The notes beneath the pieces are model-generated. The model had not been told where the DNA came from. It saw only the letters and a list, made by a program, of their open reading frames with translations, and did no database searches. Shown here one piece after another: positions 1 through 11,030 of a stretch of DNA of 47,849 nucleotides. A program made the translations under genes and the position numbers. Numbering within the stretch: position 1 is the stretch's first letter; every line of letters begins with the position of its first letter. The DNA comes from Octopus sinensis (Eukaryota): positions 1-47,849 of the forward strand of contig NW_021834595.1 in assembly GCF_006345805.1 (NCBI RefSeq), given 5' to 3'.

Positions 1-76
1 ATCAACGTATCTATCTGTGTATGTATGAGTATATATATATATATATGTATGTATGTATATATAATATATATATTGG

Positions 77-120
<44 letters not shown>
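1..120. repeat. (TA)n/(TATG)n microsatellite
   Basis: Direct dinucleotide repeat; one of dozens of such tracts in the window. Confidence 0.95.
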
Positions 121-121
<1 letters not shown>

Positions 122-123
<2 letters not shown>

Positions 124-514
124 TTACTCTTTACTTGTTTCAGTCATTTGACTGCGGCCATGCTGGAGCACCGCCTCTAGTCGAACAAATCGACCCCGGG
201 ACTTATTCTTTGTAAGCCCAGTACTTATTCTATTGTTCTCTTTTGCCGAACCGCTAAGTAACGGGGACATAAACACACCAGTATTGGTTGTCAAGCATAC
301 TTGGGGGACAAACAGAGACACACAACACACACAAACCATATATAATACGACGGGCTTCTTTCAGTTTCCGTCTACTACCATCCACTCACAAGGCTTTTGT
401 CGGGCCCGAGGCTATAGTAGAAGATACTTGCCCAAGGTGCCACGCAGTGGGACTGAACCCGGAACCATGTAGTTGTAAACAAGCTACTTACCACCACACA
501 GCCACTCCTGCGCC
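122..514 (-). mobile_element. tRNA-derived SINE, family AB, full length
   Basis: Minus strand starts GGCGCAGGAGTGGCTGTG..TGGTAAG (A-box-like) and contains GGGTTCAGTCCC (B-box-like), a central microsatellite and a tail ending AAACAAGTAAAAGAGTAAA; many near-identical copies in the window. Confidence 0.85.
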
Positions 515-535
515 TATATATACATATACATATAT

Positions 536-1052
536 ATGACGAGCTTCTTTCAGTTTCCATCTACCAAATCCACTCACAAGGCTTTATCGGCCTGAAGCTA
601 TAGTACACTTGCGTCAGAAATTAATTAGCACTTCTCAAATTTCTACATTAAATAGGTTAAATCAATTAACCTATGAGCTGTTCAAAACGTCTTACGCGAT
701 GAGAAAACTTAGTACGGTGTGATTTCGGTCCTTGCGAGGTGCTACCTATATCTATTAAACAAGGAAGATTTGTCTGCATCCGCACTTCCAATTTGTTGGC
801 ACTGCTATGTCAACATCATAAGGCTGTAGACTCTCAACTGCTCTGCAAACAAAGGTACGTCATCGTCTGCAACACAGTGGAACTCGCAACAAAGCAATAG
901 TTCGGATATGGCCACTAGGTGACAGCACATACCTTGAGTGAAGAGCAAATCAAGGGTGCTAATTAATTTCTGACGGTAGTGTAGAAGACACTTGCCCAAG
1001 GTGCCATGCAGTGGGACTGAACCCAGAACCATGTGGTTGGTAAACAAGCTAC
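536..1052 (-). mobile_element. SINE AB head module split by a Tc1-type MITE
   Basis: 536-605 and 982-1052 rejoin into GCTATAG-TA-GAAGACACTTGCCC of the SINE consensus. Confidence 0.8.
606..981. mobile_element. Tc1/mariner-type MITE
   Basis: 26-bp TIRs CACTTGCGTCAGAAATTAATTAGCAC (606-631) / GTGCTAATTAATTTCTGACGGTAGTG (956-981), 2 mismatches; TA duplicated at 604-605 and 982-983; empty site reconstructs the SINE. Confidence 0.85.
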
Positions 1053-1056
1053 AAGA

Positions 1057-1237
1057 AAGTGGAGAGGATACAAAATCAACAGACATCAGCCTGTAAACAT
1101 TCTAGTATGTCTATGTATCCCAATGTATTAGTAGGACTACTAATAAATTTGTATGTATTCATCTAATGCATTTGAATAAATAAACATACTAGAATGTTTA
1201 CTGGCTGATGTCTGTCGATTTTGTATCCCCTCCACTT
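1057..1237. repeat. Foldback/MITE-like element with ~54-bp inverted arms
   Basis: 1057-1110 is the reverse complement of 1184-1237 with 3 mismatches. Confidence 0.8.
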
Positions 1238-1429
1238 CCTTATTTGCCGTATAAACTAAGGGTATATCACATTTTTACCTTCGCCCATATATAATACTGT
1301 TTCGAGGTTGCCATGCAATAACTAGCTCTTGACTATGAATAATTGGATACACTAATACCAGCAGTATATTGGATAGGTACTATCCCTTAGTTGGTTGGTT
1401 TCCCAACCTCTAACTCACACCAAAATATG

Positions 1430-1494
<65 letters not shown>

Positions 1495-1524
1495 ATATAT
1501 ATATGTATGTATGTATATATATAT

Positions 1525-1634
1525 GTAGGTCCTGGGTTGAGTCCGGGATAACACAGAAATAAGGTACTCAATACATAGCAGAGTAAAGTAATTTATTTAT
1601 GAAGGAGCTTCTACAGGACTAGAACTGTTTCATT
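1525..1634 (-). mobile_element. Truncated half-copy of the hammerhead-bearing element at 29.6 kb
   Basis: Near-identical to 29591-29704; truncated within HHR stem II; flanked by (TA)n. Confidence 0.75.
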
Positions 1635-1667
1635 ATAATATATATAATATATATATATATATATATA

Positions 1668-1829
1668 CAACAGGCCTCTTTCAGTTTCCGTCTACCAAAT
1701 CCACTCACAAGGCTTTGGTCATCCTGAGGCTATAGTAGAAGACACTCTCCCAAGGTGCCCGCAGTGGGACTGAACCCGGAACCATGTGGCTGGTAAGCAA
1801 GCTACTTACCACACAGCCTATCCGCGCCT
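1668..1829 (-). mobile_element. SINE AB head module
   Basis: Matches family consensus; flanked by (TA)n. Confidence 0.8.
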
Positions 1830-2315
1830 ATAAATATATATATAATATATATTATATATATATATAATATATATATATATGATAACATAATATATATACA
1901 TATACAGATATACATATACATATACATATACATATATATACATATACATATATATATATAATACATATATATATAATATAATCACACACACATATATGTA
2001 CATATACATATAATATATACATATATATCTATCTATCAATATATATATATATATATATATTTATGTATATGTATATATATATATTGTAATATATTATATT
2101 ATATATAATATATATATATATATTTATACACATATATATATATACATATATATAATATTATATCTATATATATATATATATATATATAGGCAAATGACTG
2201 AAACAGTAAAAGAATAAAAGAATATATATATATTATATATATATTTTATTTATTAGGGAATAAAAATTCTGGCGTCATAGGGATTCATATAAATTGAATT
2301 ATTCTCGATAAGGAA

Positions 2316-3513
2316 ATATATGTTATTTAGAGATAGAAGTCCCCATGTAATTCATCAAATCCTAATATACATCACACCATATCATAGAATTTTATTTTAA
2401 TACTTACTTTTTCAGTTCCAAATTTTTTTCCTACACATGTTTCACGCGGTGCATTTAACGTTCCCTAAACACTGAGTCTTTTTCAGAAACATGTCTTCAC
2501 TGTAACCCCAATAATCAGGACTCTCTTTACTCTTTACTCTTTTACTTGTTTCAGTCATTTGACTGCGGCCATGCTGGAGCACCGCCTTTAGTCAAGCAAA
2601 TCGACCCCAGGACTTATTCTTTGATCTCTTTTCCCGAACCACTAAGTTACGGGGACGTAAACACACCAGCATCAGTTGTCAAGCGATGTTGGGGGGACAA
2701 ACACAGACATGCAAACATACACACACACACACATATACATATATACATATGCGACGGGCTTCTTTCAGTTTCCATCTACCAAATCCACTCACAAGGCTTT
2801 AGTCGACCTGAGACTATAGTAGAAGACACTTGCCCAAGGTGCCATGCAGTGGGACCGAACCCGGTATCATGTGGCTCGTAAGCAAGCAACTTACCACACA
2901 GCCACTGCAGGAGTGGCAGTGTGGTAAGTAGCTTGCTTACCAACCACATGGCTCTGGGTTCAGTCCCACTGCGTGTCATTTAGGGCAAGTGTCTTCTACT
3001 ATATATAGCCTCGGGCCGACAAAAACCTTGTGAGTGGATTTGGTAGACGGAAACTGAAAGAAGCCCGTCATAAATATGTATATATGTATATGTGTGTGCG
3101 TGTATGTTTGCATGTCTGTGTTTGTCCCCCCAACATCGCTTGACAACTGATGCTGGTGTGTTTATGTCCCCGTCACTTAGCGGTTCGGCAAAACAGACCG
3201 ATAGAATAAGTACTGGGCTTACAAAGAATAAGTCCCGGGGTTGAGTTGCTTGATTAATGGCGGTGCTCCAGCATGGCCGCAGTCAAATGACTGAAACAAG
3301 TAAGGAGTAGTCCTGATGATTGGGGTTGCAGTTAAGACATGTCTCTGAAAAAGACTGAGTAACTAGGGAATGTTAAATGCACCTTGTGAAACATGTGTAG
3401 AAAAAATTTGGAACTGAAAAAGTAAGTATTAAAATAAAATTCTATGATATGGTGTGATGTATATTAGGATTTGATGAATTACATGGGGACTTCTATCTCT
3501 AAATAACATATAT
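2316..3513. repeat. ~1.2-kb imperfect palindrome: ~200-bp outer arms plus a head-to-head SINE pair
   Basis: 2316-2522 is the reverse complement of ~3309-3513; SINE AB copies 2521-2906 (-) and 2912-3308 (+) meet at GCCACT-gcagg-AGTGGC. Confidence 0.85.
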
Positions 3514-3519
3514 ATATAT

Positions 3520-3550
<31 letters not shown>

Positions 3551-3628
3551 GTATGTATGTATGTATATATATATGTATATATATATAGGTGCATATATAT
3601 GTGTGTATGTATATATATATATATATAT

Positions 3629-3902
3629 CGCCCCGACGGGCCTCTGTGCTGGTGGCATGTAAAAAGCACCATCCAATCGTGTCTGTTTGCCAGGCTCGTC
3701 TGGCACCTGTGCCAGTGGCACGTAAAAAGCACCCACTACACTCTCGGAGTGGTTGGCGTTAGGAAAGGCATCCAGCCGTAGAAACATCGTCAGATCAGAC
3801 TAGAGCTTGGTGCAGCCTTCTGGCTTCCCAGACCCCAGTTGAACAATCCAGCCCATCCTAGCATGGAAAGCGGGCGCTAAACGATGATGATGATGATGAT
3901 GA
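3629..3902 (+). mobile_element. Non-LTR 3'-end element (family F, RTE-like tail) ending in (GAT)n
   Basis: GGTGGCACGTAAAAAGCACC repeats, TGGTTGGCGTTAGGAAAGGCATCCAGC..GCATGGAAAGCGGGCGCTAAAC(GAT)n; second copy at 22871-23250. Confidence 0.6.
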
Positions 3903-3930
3903 TATATATATATATATATACATATATATA

Positions 3931-4217
3931 TCACGTGACCGACCAGTCCATCAGATGTAGTTACACATCGCTGGTCACAATGCGTTCACATTGTTTTAGC
4001 CTTCGAATGACACCCCGTCAGCTGGCTAAGCAAGCAGGCCAACAGAAGAAAGAGTGGTGAAAGAGTACAGCAGGGATCACCACCCCCTGCCGGAACCTCA
4101 TGGTGCTTATAGGTGTTTTTGCTCAATAAACACCCACAACGCCCGGTCTGGGAATCGAAACCGCGATCCTATGACCACGAGTCCGCTGCCTTAACCACTG
4201 GGCCATTGCGCCTCCAC
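3931..4217 (-). mobile_element. tRNA-derived SINE family D, tail type D2
   Basis: Head GGCGCAATGGCCCAGTGGTTAAGG..GGTTTCGATTCCC; tail shared with 42754-43025. Confidence 0.8.
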
Positions 4218-4484
4218 ATACATATATATTGATAATTTTGGGTATAATTTTCGAAATGAAAAAGCCGGCATTTTGTATTTACTGCCGACAGGGAGCTGCA
4301 CTTACATGGTAACAGGAGTTAGATGGTAAATGTTTTTATTTATCATTCTCTTCGATTTTTATCTCTAATAGTGGTTCGGAATTTAACTGTCCTCTCTAGC
4401 ATGTAGGTAGTCCTATGATGGCTACCTCTTACGTGTTTAAATGTACACTGTATTTATATGTATGTATATATGTATGTATGTATG

Positions 4485-4527
<43 letters not shown>

Positions 4528-4592
4528 CGGTATATATATTATATATATATATGTATAATATATATATATATATATTATGTATATATAATATG

Positions 4593-4637
<45 letters not shown>

Positions 4638-4654
4638 GTAATCCAAACATGAAA

Positions 4655-4825
4655 ACACAAAGAGAAAACACAACAACGCGAGAACGTGGACAAATATAGT
4701 ATTATTGGACGCTCAGGAAAGAAGGGAAGAAGGAGGGTTTAACGTTTCGAGTGGAGCTCTTCATCAGAAACATAGGAAAAGGAAAGATCCAGAGAAGGGA
4801 AGACAGAGGGAAAAAAATTGCCCAT
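4655..4825 (-). mobile_element. Penelope-like terminal-repeat remnant with hammerhead-like core
   Basis: Minus strand: CTGATGA (4767-4761), A-GAG/CTC stem, GAAA, CGTT..AGCG stem III, GTC; stem I imperfect. Confidence 0.5.
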
Positions 4826-5549
4826 GGTACACACGCGGTCACATTTTGTAAATATATATATATATGTGTATATATATATATATTTATTTATCTGTATGTA
4901 TACCTATATTCACATACATTTATATGAGCACATATTCATGTGTACATTCCCACACACATATATTTATATACATAGACATGCACATATATCTATACACTAA
5001 CACAATTATAATGATGAATCTTACATGGAGACTGATGGTCCATAGACTTCTGTTATATCGTATGTTTTTATTTATTCACACAGACTCAAAACTTCTGTTG
5101 AGCCTTGAAAGGATGAATTTGTTTTCCTGGTAGCACTTTGAAATTAGATCTGATCTTGTAATCAAAATAGCTTTTTGTTCAGTTGGGAATAGATTATGTT
5201 CCAGCATTACAGAAGTCACAGAAATTTAAGTAGAGGTGTCAGTCTTGCTGAAGAGCAGTATAGATCATGTGATATTAAAAATTATTTTAACATTGTAATC
5301 TTTCAAGTACCATATGTGTCTTGATAATGCTGTGATATTATTTTGTCTATACCTTTGAAAGCTTACTGCTCTTCAAAATGCCTTCACACATCCCAATATA
5401 ACATCTAGTGTAGCTGTAGCTTGGTAGAACAGCATTTCAGCTTTAGATAAATTTTTCAAGAGGCATGACTGAACATTTTGAGTGTTGTAATCATTTTGGT
5501 ATGAAGCTCTGAGTAACTAAACACTCTGCGCCAGAACTCCACTCTTGAC

Positions 5550-5877
5550 TGGTACTCCATCGGTTAGGATAACGTGGGTTCCAGTTGATTTGAATGAAGG
5601 ATCAGTCTGCCCATGAAATTAACATGCAAGTGGCTGAGTATTCCACAGACATACATAACCTTAATGTAGTTCTCAAGAAGATTCAGCATGATGCACCAAA
5701 TGCAACAAGGCTGGCCATTTCAATTACTCATACAACTTATTTTTGCCAGCTACATAGAGTGGAGCAATGCAAAATAAAATGTCTTGCTCAAGGACTCAGT
5801 GCATCACCTGGAATTGAACTCATGACCTTACAATTGTGAGCCAAATACCCTAACCATTAAGCCAAATGCCTTCACAC
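5550..5877 (-). mobile_element. Old diverged tRNA-derived SINE
   Basis: Head resembles family E (44413), tail resembles D1 (GTGGCTGAGTATTCCACAGACA..GTAGTTCTC). Confidence 0.55.
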
Positions 5878-6193
5878 CTTTATATATCATACATATATCT
5901 ATAATAATAAATGTGAAATTCTGTCTGTCTGTCCGGGACCCTTGTTTCTGTCTACATTTGCTCTACATAGACACCATATACCTTTTTGGAATCAGGGTTA
6001 TTCCAGGATGGAAAATCTGCCCTTCATTTGGTTCTTGAACATCCAGTATTGGGATCTGATTTAAAAGAATTTTAGTTACTATTTCTAGCAGATAAAGTTT
6101 GGCTGATTCACGCCTTCGGTTGGCATTTGTGAGGTGACATCAGAAATCAAGGGGGAGATAAATTATATTTGCCTCGTTAATTTTATATCAAGA

Positions 6194-6605
6194 CTAGCAG
6201 CATAGCCCGGCATTGCCCGGGTATGTAAGAGCCCCTAGTAGGCAACGACTAATCCCAATCTAGTTCTTTCCCTCTAGGGAACGAAGGCGCATGTGTAGGT
6301 TGCAATGTCTTCTCTTCACTCGAATACTTCTGTGTATACGATGTTCCTAGCTGTCTCCCGACAGAAAATGTGTTGCATATAAAAAGCTTAGATTCTCGAC
6401 CCCATGTCGAATTTATCGATTTTTTTCAGAACTGGGGGAACTTTTCAAAATTTTCGCTGCGTTAGTTTTGAATTATGACATTGGGCTATGTGTGTGTCAA
6501 GTTTCATCAGAATCGGTTGAAAGCCGTGGTCAGGGTGAGGGTACAACCTGACAGCCACACAGACACACAGACAGACAGGCAAACTGCTGTTTATATATAT
6601 AGAGA
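6194..6605 (-). mobile_element. Non-autonomous Helitron
   Basis: Minus strand: 5' TCTCTATATATATAAAC, 3' hairpin CCCGGGCAATGCCGGG + 8 nt + CTAG; inserted between A and T; no TSD. Confidence 0.8.
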
Positions 6606-6829
6606 TAATAACTTTGGGATAAATTAGCCACCAGCTGGAATTGAACTTGGGACTAGAACTATAGAATGATTGCATTACAAAATTAATCCTCTTCCGTCCT
6701 TAACCTCTGATCAAACACCACCAGGGCATATTGTCATTAGTTGTATGCATCTGTCAGTCCCAAGAGGCCATGGATCTACACTTGAAGAAGTCATGTCAGC
6801 TGCTGATGGTGGTGCAGCATTTGTTGTCA

Positions 6830-7635
6830 TAATACAGACCAACATGTCATTATACAGTCCCACATTATACAGACCCACATGTCATTATACAGACCCACAT
6901 GTCATTATACAAGCCCACATTATACAGACCCACATGTCATTATACAGTCCCACATTATACAGACCCACATGTCATTATACAGACCCACATGTCATTATAC
7001 AGACCCACATGTCATTATACAGACCCACATGTCATTATGCAGACCCACATGTCATTATACAGACCCACATGTCATTATACAGACCCACATGTCATTATAC
7101 AGACCCACATGTCATTATACAAGCCCACATTATACAGACCAACATGTCATTATACAGTCCCACATTATACAGACCCACATGTCATTATACAGACCCACAT
7201 GTCATTATACAGACCCACATGTCATTATACAAGCCCACATTATACAGACCCACATTATACAGACCCACATGTCATTATACAGTCCCACATTATACAGACC
7301 CACATGTCATTATACAGACCCACATGTCATTATACAGACCCACATGTCATTATACAGACCCACATGTCATTATACAGACCCACATGTCATTATACAAGCC
7401 CACATTATACAGACCAACATGTCATTATACAGTCCCACATTATACAGACCCACATGTCATTATACAGACCCACATGTCATTATACAGTCCCACATTATAC
7501 AGACCTACATGATACTGACCTACATGTCATTATACAGACCAACATGTCATTATACACACCCACATTATACAGACCCACATGTCATTATACAGACCCACAT
7601 TATACTGACCTACATGTCATTATACAGACCCACAC
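6830..7635. repeat. Minisatellite of 20-bp (TACAGACCCACATGTCATTA) and 15-bp (TACAGTCCCACATTA) units
   Basis: ~800 bp of interleaved units; explains the three long + ORFs. Confidence 0.95.
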
Positions 7636-7689
7636 AGGAGTGGCAGTCATGCATACAGTCATGCATTTGAATTTTTTTTCCTTCCATCA

Positions 7690-7915
7690 AGTGCGCTTTT
7701 CTTTGGTGGCAAGTTCCTGGTCTTCTTCCACTCACTTCATTCCTTTTTGTAGCATTCGTCTCTAGTACGGGCAACCAATTAGCCATCTTTTTCCATCTCA
7801 GGACGTCCAGGCCAAGCGACTTCATATCCCTCTTACAGACGCCTTCAAAACGAACATAAGCTCATCCTCAGGTTCTTGTGCCAGTGGCCAATTCCCCATA
7901 CAGGGGATCAAACAC
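7690..7915 (-). pseudogene. Decayed RTE (BovB-like) LINE ORF C-terminus
   Basis: Translates LYGELATGTRT*G*AYVRFEGVCKRDMKSLGLDVLRWKKMA, resembling the RTE LYGEL..GRP..RFKD..KRDMK motif; in-frame stops. Confidence 0.7.
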
Positions 7916-8121
7916 CACTAGTGCACATAGTCACTATAGACCTATTATAATCATGCTATTTAGCTCTCTTTAACTTGGGGTTTCTGGCCCAATTGGCCCC
8001 CTGTAGGAGCTAGCTTTAAAGTCCTCACACAGTGCAGCTTTTAAGCTAGTTAATAATAATAATATTACACTAGCTATGATTGAGTTAAATTTCTGTCTTA
8101 TATTTCATAGTGTCACTGTGT

Positions 8122-8690
8122 GTGGAGGCGCAATGGCCCAGTGGTTAGGGCAGCGGACTCACGGTTGTAGGATCGCGGTTTCGATTCCCAGACCAGGCGT
8201 TGTGAGTGTTTATTGAGTGAAAACACCTAAAGCTCCACGAGGCTCTGGCAGGGGATGGTGGTGATCCCTGCTGTACTCTTTCACCACAACTTTCTCTCAC
8301 TCTTACTTCCTGTTTCTGTTGTACCTGTATTTCAAAGGGCCGGCCTTGTCACTCTCTGTGTCACGCTGAATATCCCCGAGAACTACGTTAAGGGTACACG
8401 TGACTGTGGAGTGCTCAGCCACTTACACGTTAATTTCACAAGCAGGCTGTTCCGTTGATTCGGATCAACCGGAACCCTCGTTGTCGTAACCGACGGAGTG
8501 CTTCCATCCATTTCAAGGGGCCGGCCTTGTCACTCTCTGTGTCACGCTGAATATCCCCGAGAACTACGTTAAGGGTACACGTGTCTGTGGAGTGCTCAGC
8601 CACTTACACGTTAATTTCACGAGCAGGCTGTTCCGTTGATTCGAATCAACCGGAACTCTCATCGTCGTAACTGACGGAGTGCTTCCATCC
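8122..8690 (+). mobile_element. SINE family D (tail D1) with duplicated 3' half
   Basis: 13-bp TSD AGTGTCACTGTGT at 8109-8121 and 8691-8703; 8329-8509 repeated as 8510-8690. Confidence 0.9.
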
Positions 8691-8880
8691 AGTGTCACTG
8701 TGTTTATAAAACCATTTACATACATACATCTGACAACACCTGTAGGTAGACATATTTTACACTATCTCATTGAATTCATCTTGAGACTGAATTAAACACA
8801 TGGCAATGATGTGCTCAAATAACAACAAAATATCAAGAGATGTTGTCGTTGTACACCTCTGGGGAGATGTGTTTCAGCAG

Positions 8881-8935
8881 TTCTTGACGTTGGCTGTGTT
8901 TTTCTTGACGTTGGCTGTGTTTTTCTTGACGTGTT
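8881..8935. repeat. 21-bp tandem repeat (TTCTTGACGTTGGCTGTGTTT) x2.5
   Basis: Direct reading. Confidence 0.9.
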
Positions 8936-8993
8936 TTCCTGGACAAAATTTGGATATGTGAGTGTGTGTGTGTGTGTATGTGTAGATATATGC

Positions 8994-9033
<40 letters not shown>

Positions 9034-9041
9034 TTATCTAC

Positions 9042-9086
<45 letters not shown>

Positions 9087-9140
9087 AGCCTATCTATCGA
9101 TGCGTTTGTGGAGACAGAAGATATCTATCTATCTACCTAA

Positions 9141-9172
<32 letters not shown>

Positions 9173-9254
9173 ATATATATAATATATATATATTATATAT
9201 ATATATATATATATCTTTGCATGATGTATATATATGTATGCATATATGGTACTT

Positions 9255-9405
9255 AAGTTAGATGCACCAGAATTTTGTATGGTGTTACCCATATAAATCC
9301 ATGGGGTGGTTATAATTAAAATAAGCAACAAGAATAACTTCAGCGTCTGTTTCACGCTACATCATTTTATTAAATGTTGTAAATATTACAACAGTTTTAA
9401 AATAG
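9255..9405. mobile_element. Partial copy of the left arm of the 17.4-kb element
   Basis: Matches ~17405-17535 with a deletion across the HHR cleavage region. Confidence 0.7.
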
Positions 9406-9475
9406 ATATATATATGTCACACAGAGAGACAGTGATAAAGAGATAGATTGATATATACCTAACAATCCATCCATC

Positions 9476-9998
<523 letters not shown>

Positions 9999-10133
9999 AA
10001 TATATATAGTATATTATTATATATATATATATATATTATATATAATATATATATATATATATACGGACAGAGAGAGAGAGATAGAAAGAAAGAGAGAGAG
10101 ATGCTTAAAAAATGGAAATAGGGAAAAAAAACA

Positions 10134-10724
10134 TCTCTCTTTTACTCTTTTACTTGTTTCAGTCATTTGACTGCGGCCATGCTGGAGCACCGCCTTTAAT
10201 CGAGCAACTCGATCCCGGGACTTATTCTTTTGTAAGCCCTTTCGGTCTCTTTTGCTGAACCGCTAAGTAACGGGGACGTAAACACACCAGCATCGGTTGT
10301 CAAGCAATGCTGGGGGGACAAACACAGACACACAAACATACACACACATACATACATATATATATATATACATATATACGACAGGCTTCTTTCAGTTTCC
10401 GTCTACCAAATCCACTCACAAGGCTTTGGTCGGCCCGGGGCTATAGTAGAAGACACTTGCCCAAGGTGCCACGCAGTGGGACTGAACCCGAAACCATGTG
10501 GTTGGTAAACAAGGTACTTACCACACAGCCACTCCTGCATATATATATATATATATACATATATACGACGGGCTTCTTTCAGTTTCCGTCTACCAAATCC
10601 ACTCACAAGGCTTTGGTCGGCCTGAGGCTATAGTAGAAGACACTTGCCCAAAGTGCCATGCAGTGGGACTGAACCCGGAACCATGTGGTTGGTAAGCAAG
10701 CTACTTACCACACAGCCACTCCTG
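10134..10724 (-). mobile_element. SINE AB (10134-10538) plus tandem extra head module (10564-10724)
   Basis: Family consensus match; modules separated by (TA)n. Confidence 0.85.
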
Positions 10725-10739
10725 TGATAAAATTTATTT

Positions 10740-10940
10740 AAAATACGACTTCAACATGTTTTTCCCTGTGACTTTATCCTCTACCTCCACAAACCCCTCA
10801 AAATATGCAAAAATATCGTAAATACTGTAATTTAACGAATTCCGAAACTTATTCATGTATATGTAAATTACAGGACACCCCGGCCCCTCTTTGCGGAGGC
10901 AGATGAAGTCACAGAAAGAAACACGTTGAAGTTGTATTTT
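10740..10940. repeat. Foldback element with ~39-bp inverted arms
   Basis: 10740-10778 is the reverse complement of 10902-10940 with ~6 mismatches. Confidence 0.7.
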
Positions 10941-11030
10941 AGAGTAATTTCATCACAATTATTTAACAGCTGCCCATAGAAGATGCAATGAAAACTGCAT
11001 TTTATAGCTATATATGTAGCAGTACCACAA

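Noticed and set aside
4293-4320. ELHLHGNR, LRR-like peptide
   Set aside because: Followed by a stop; no convincing splice pair; too short
5898-6190. Possible + strand Helitron starting TCTATAATAATAAATG
   Set aside because: 5' end looks Helitron-like but I found no matching 3' hairpin-CTRR end
8124-8195. tRNA genes at SINE heads (also 16061, 44413, 46913)
   Set aside because: A/B boxes are present but there is no complete cloverleaf; they continue into SINE bodies and occur with TSDs
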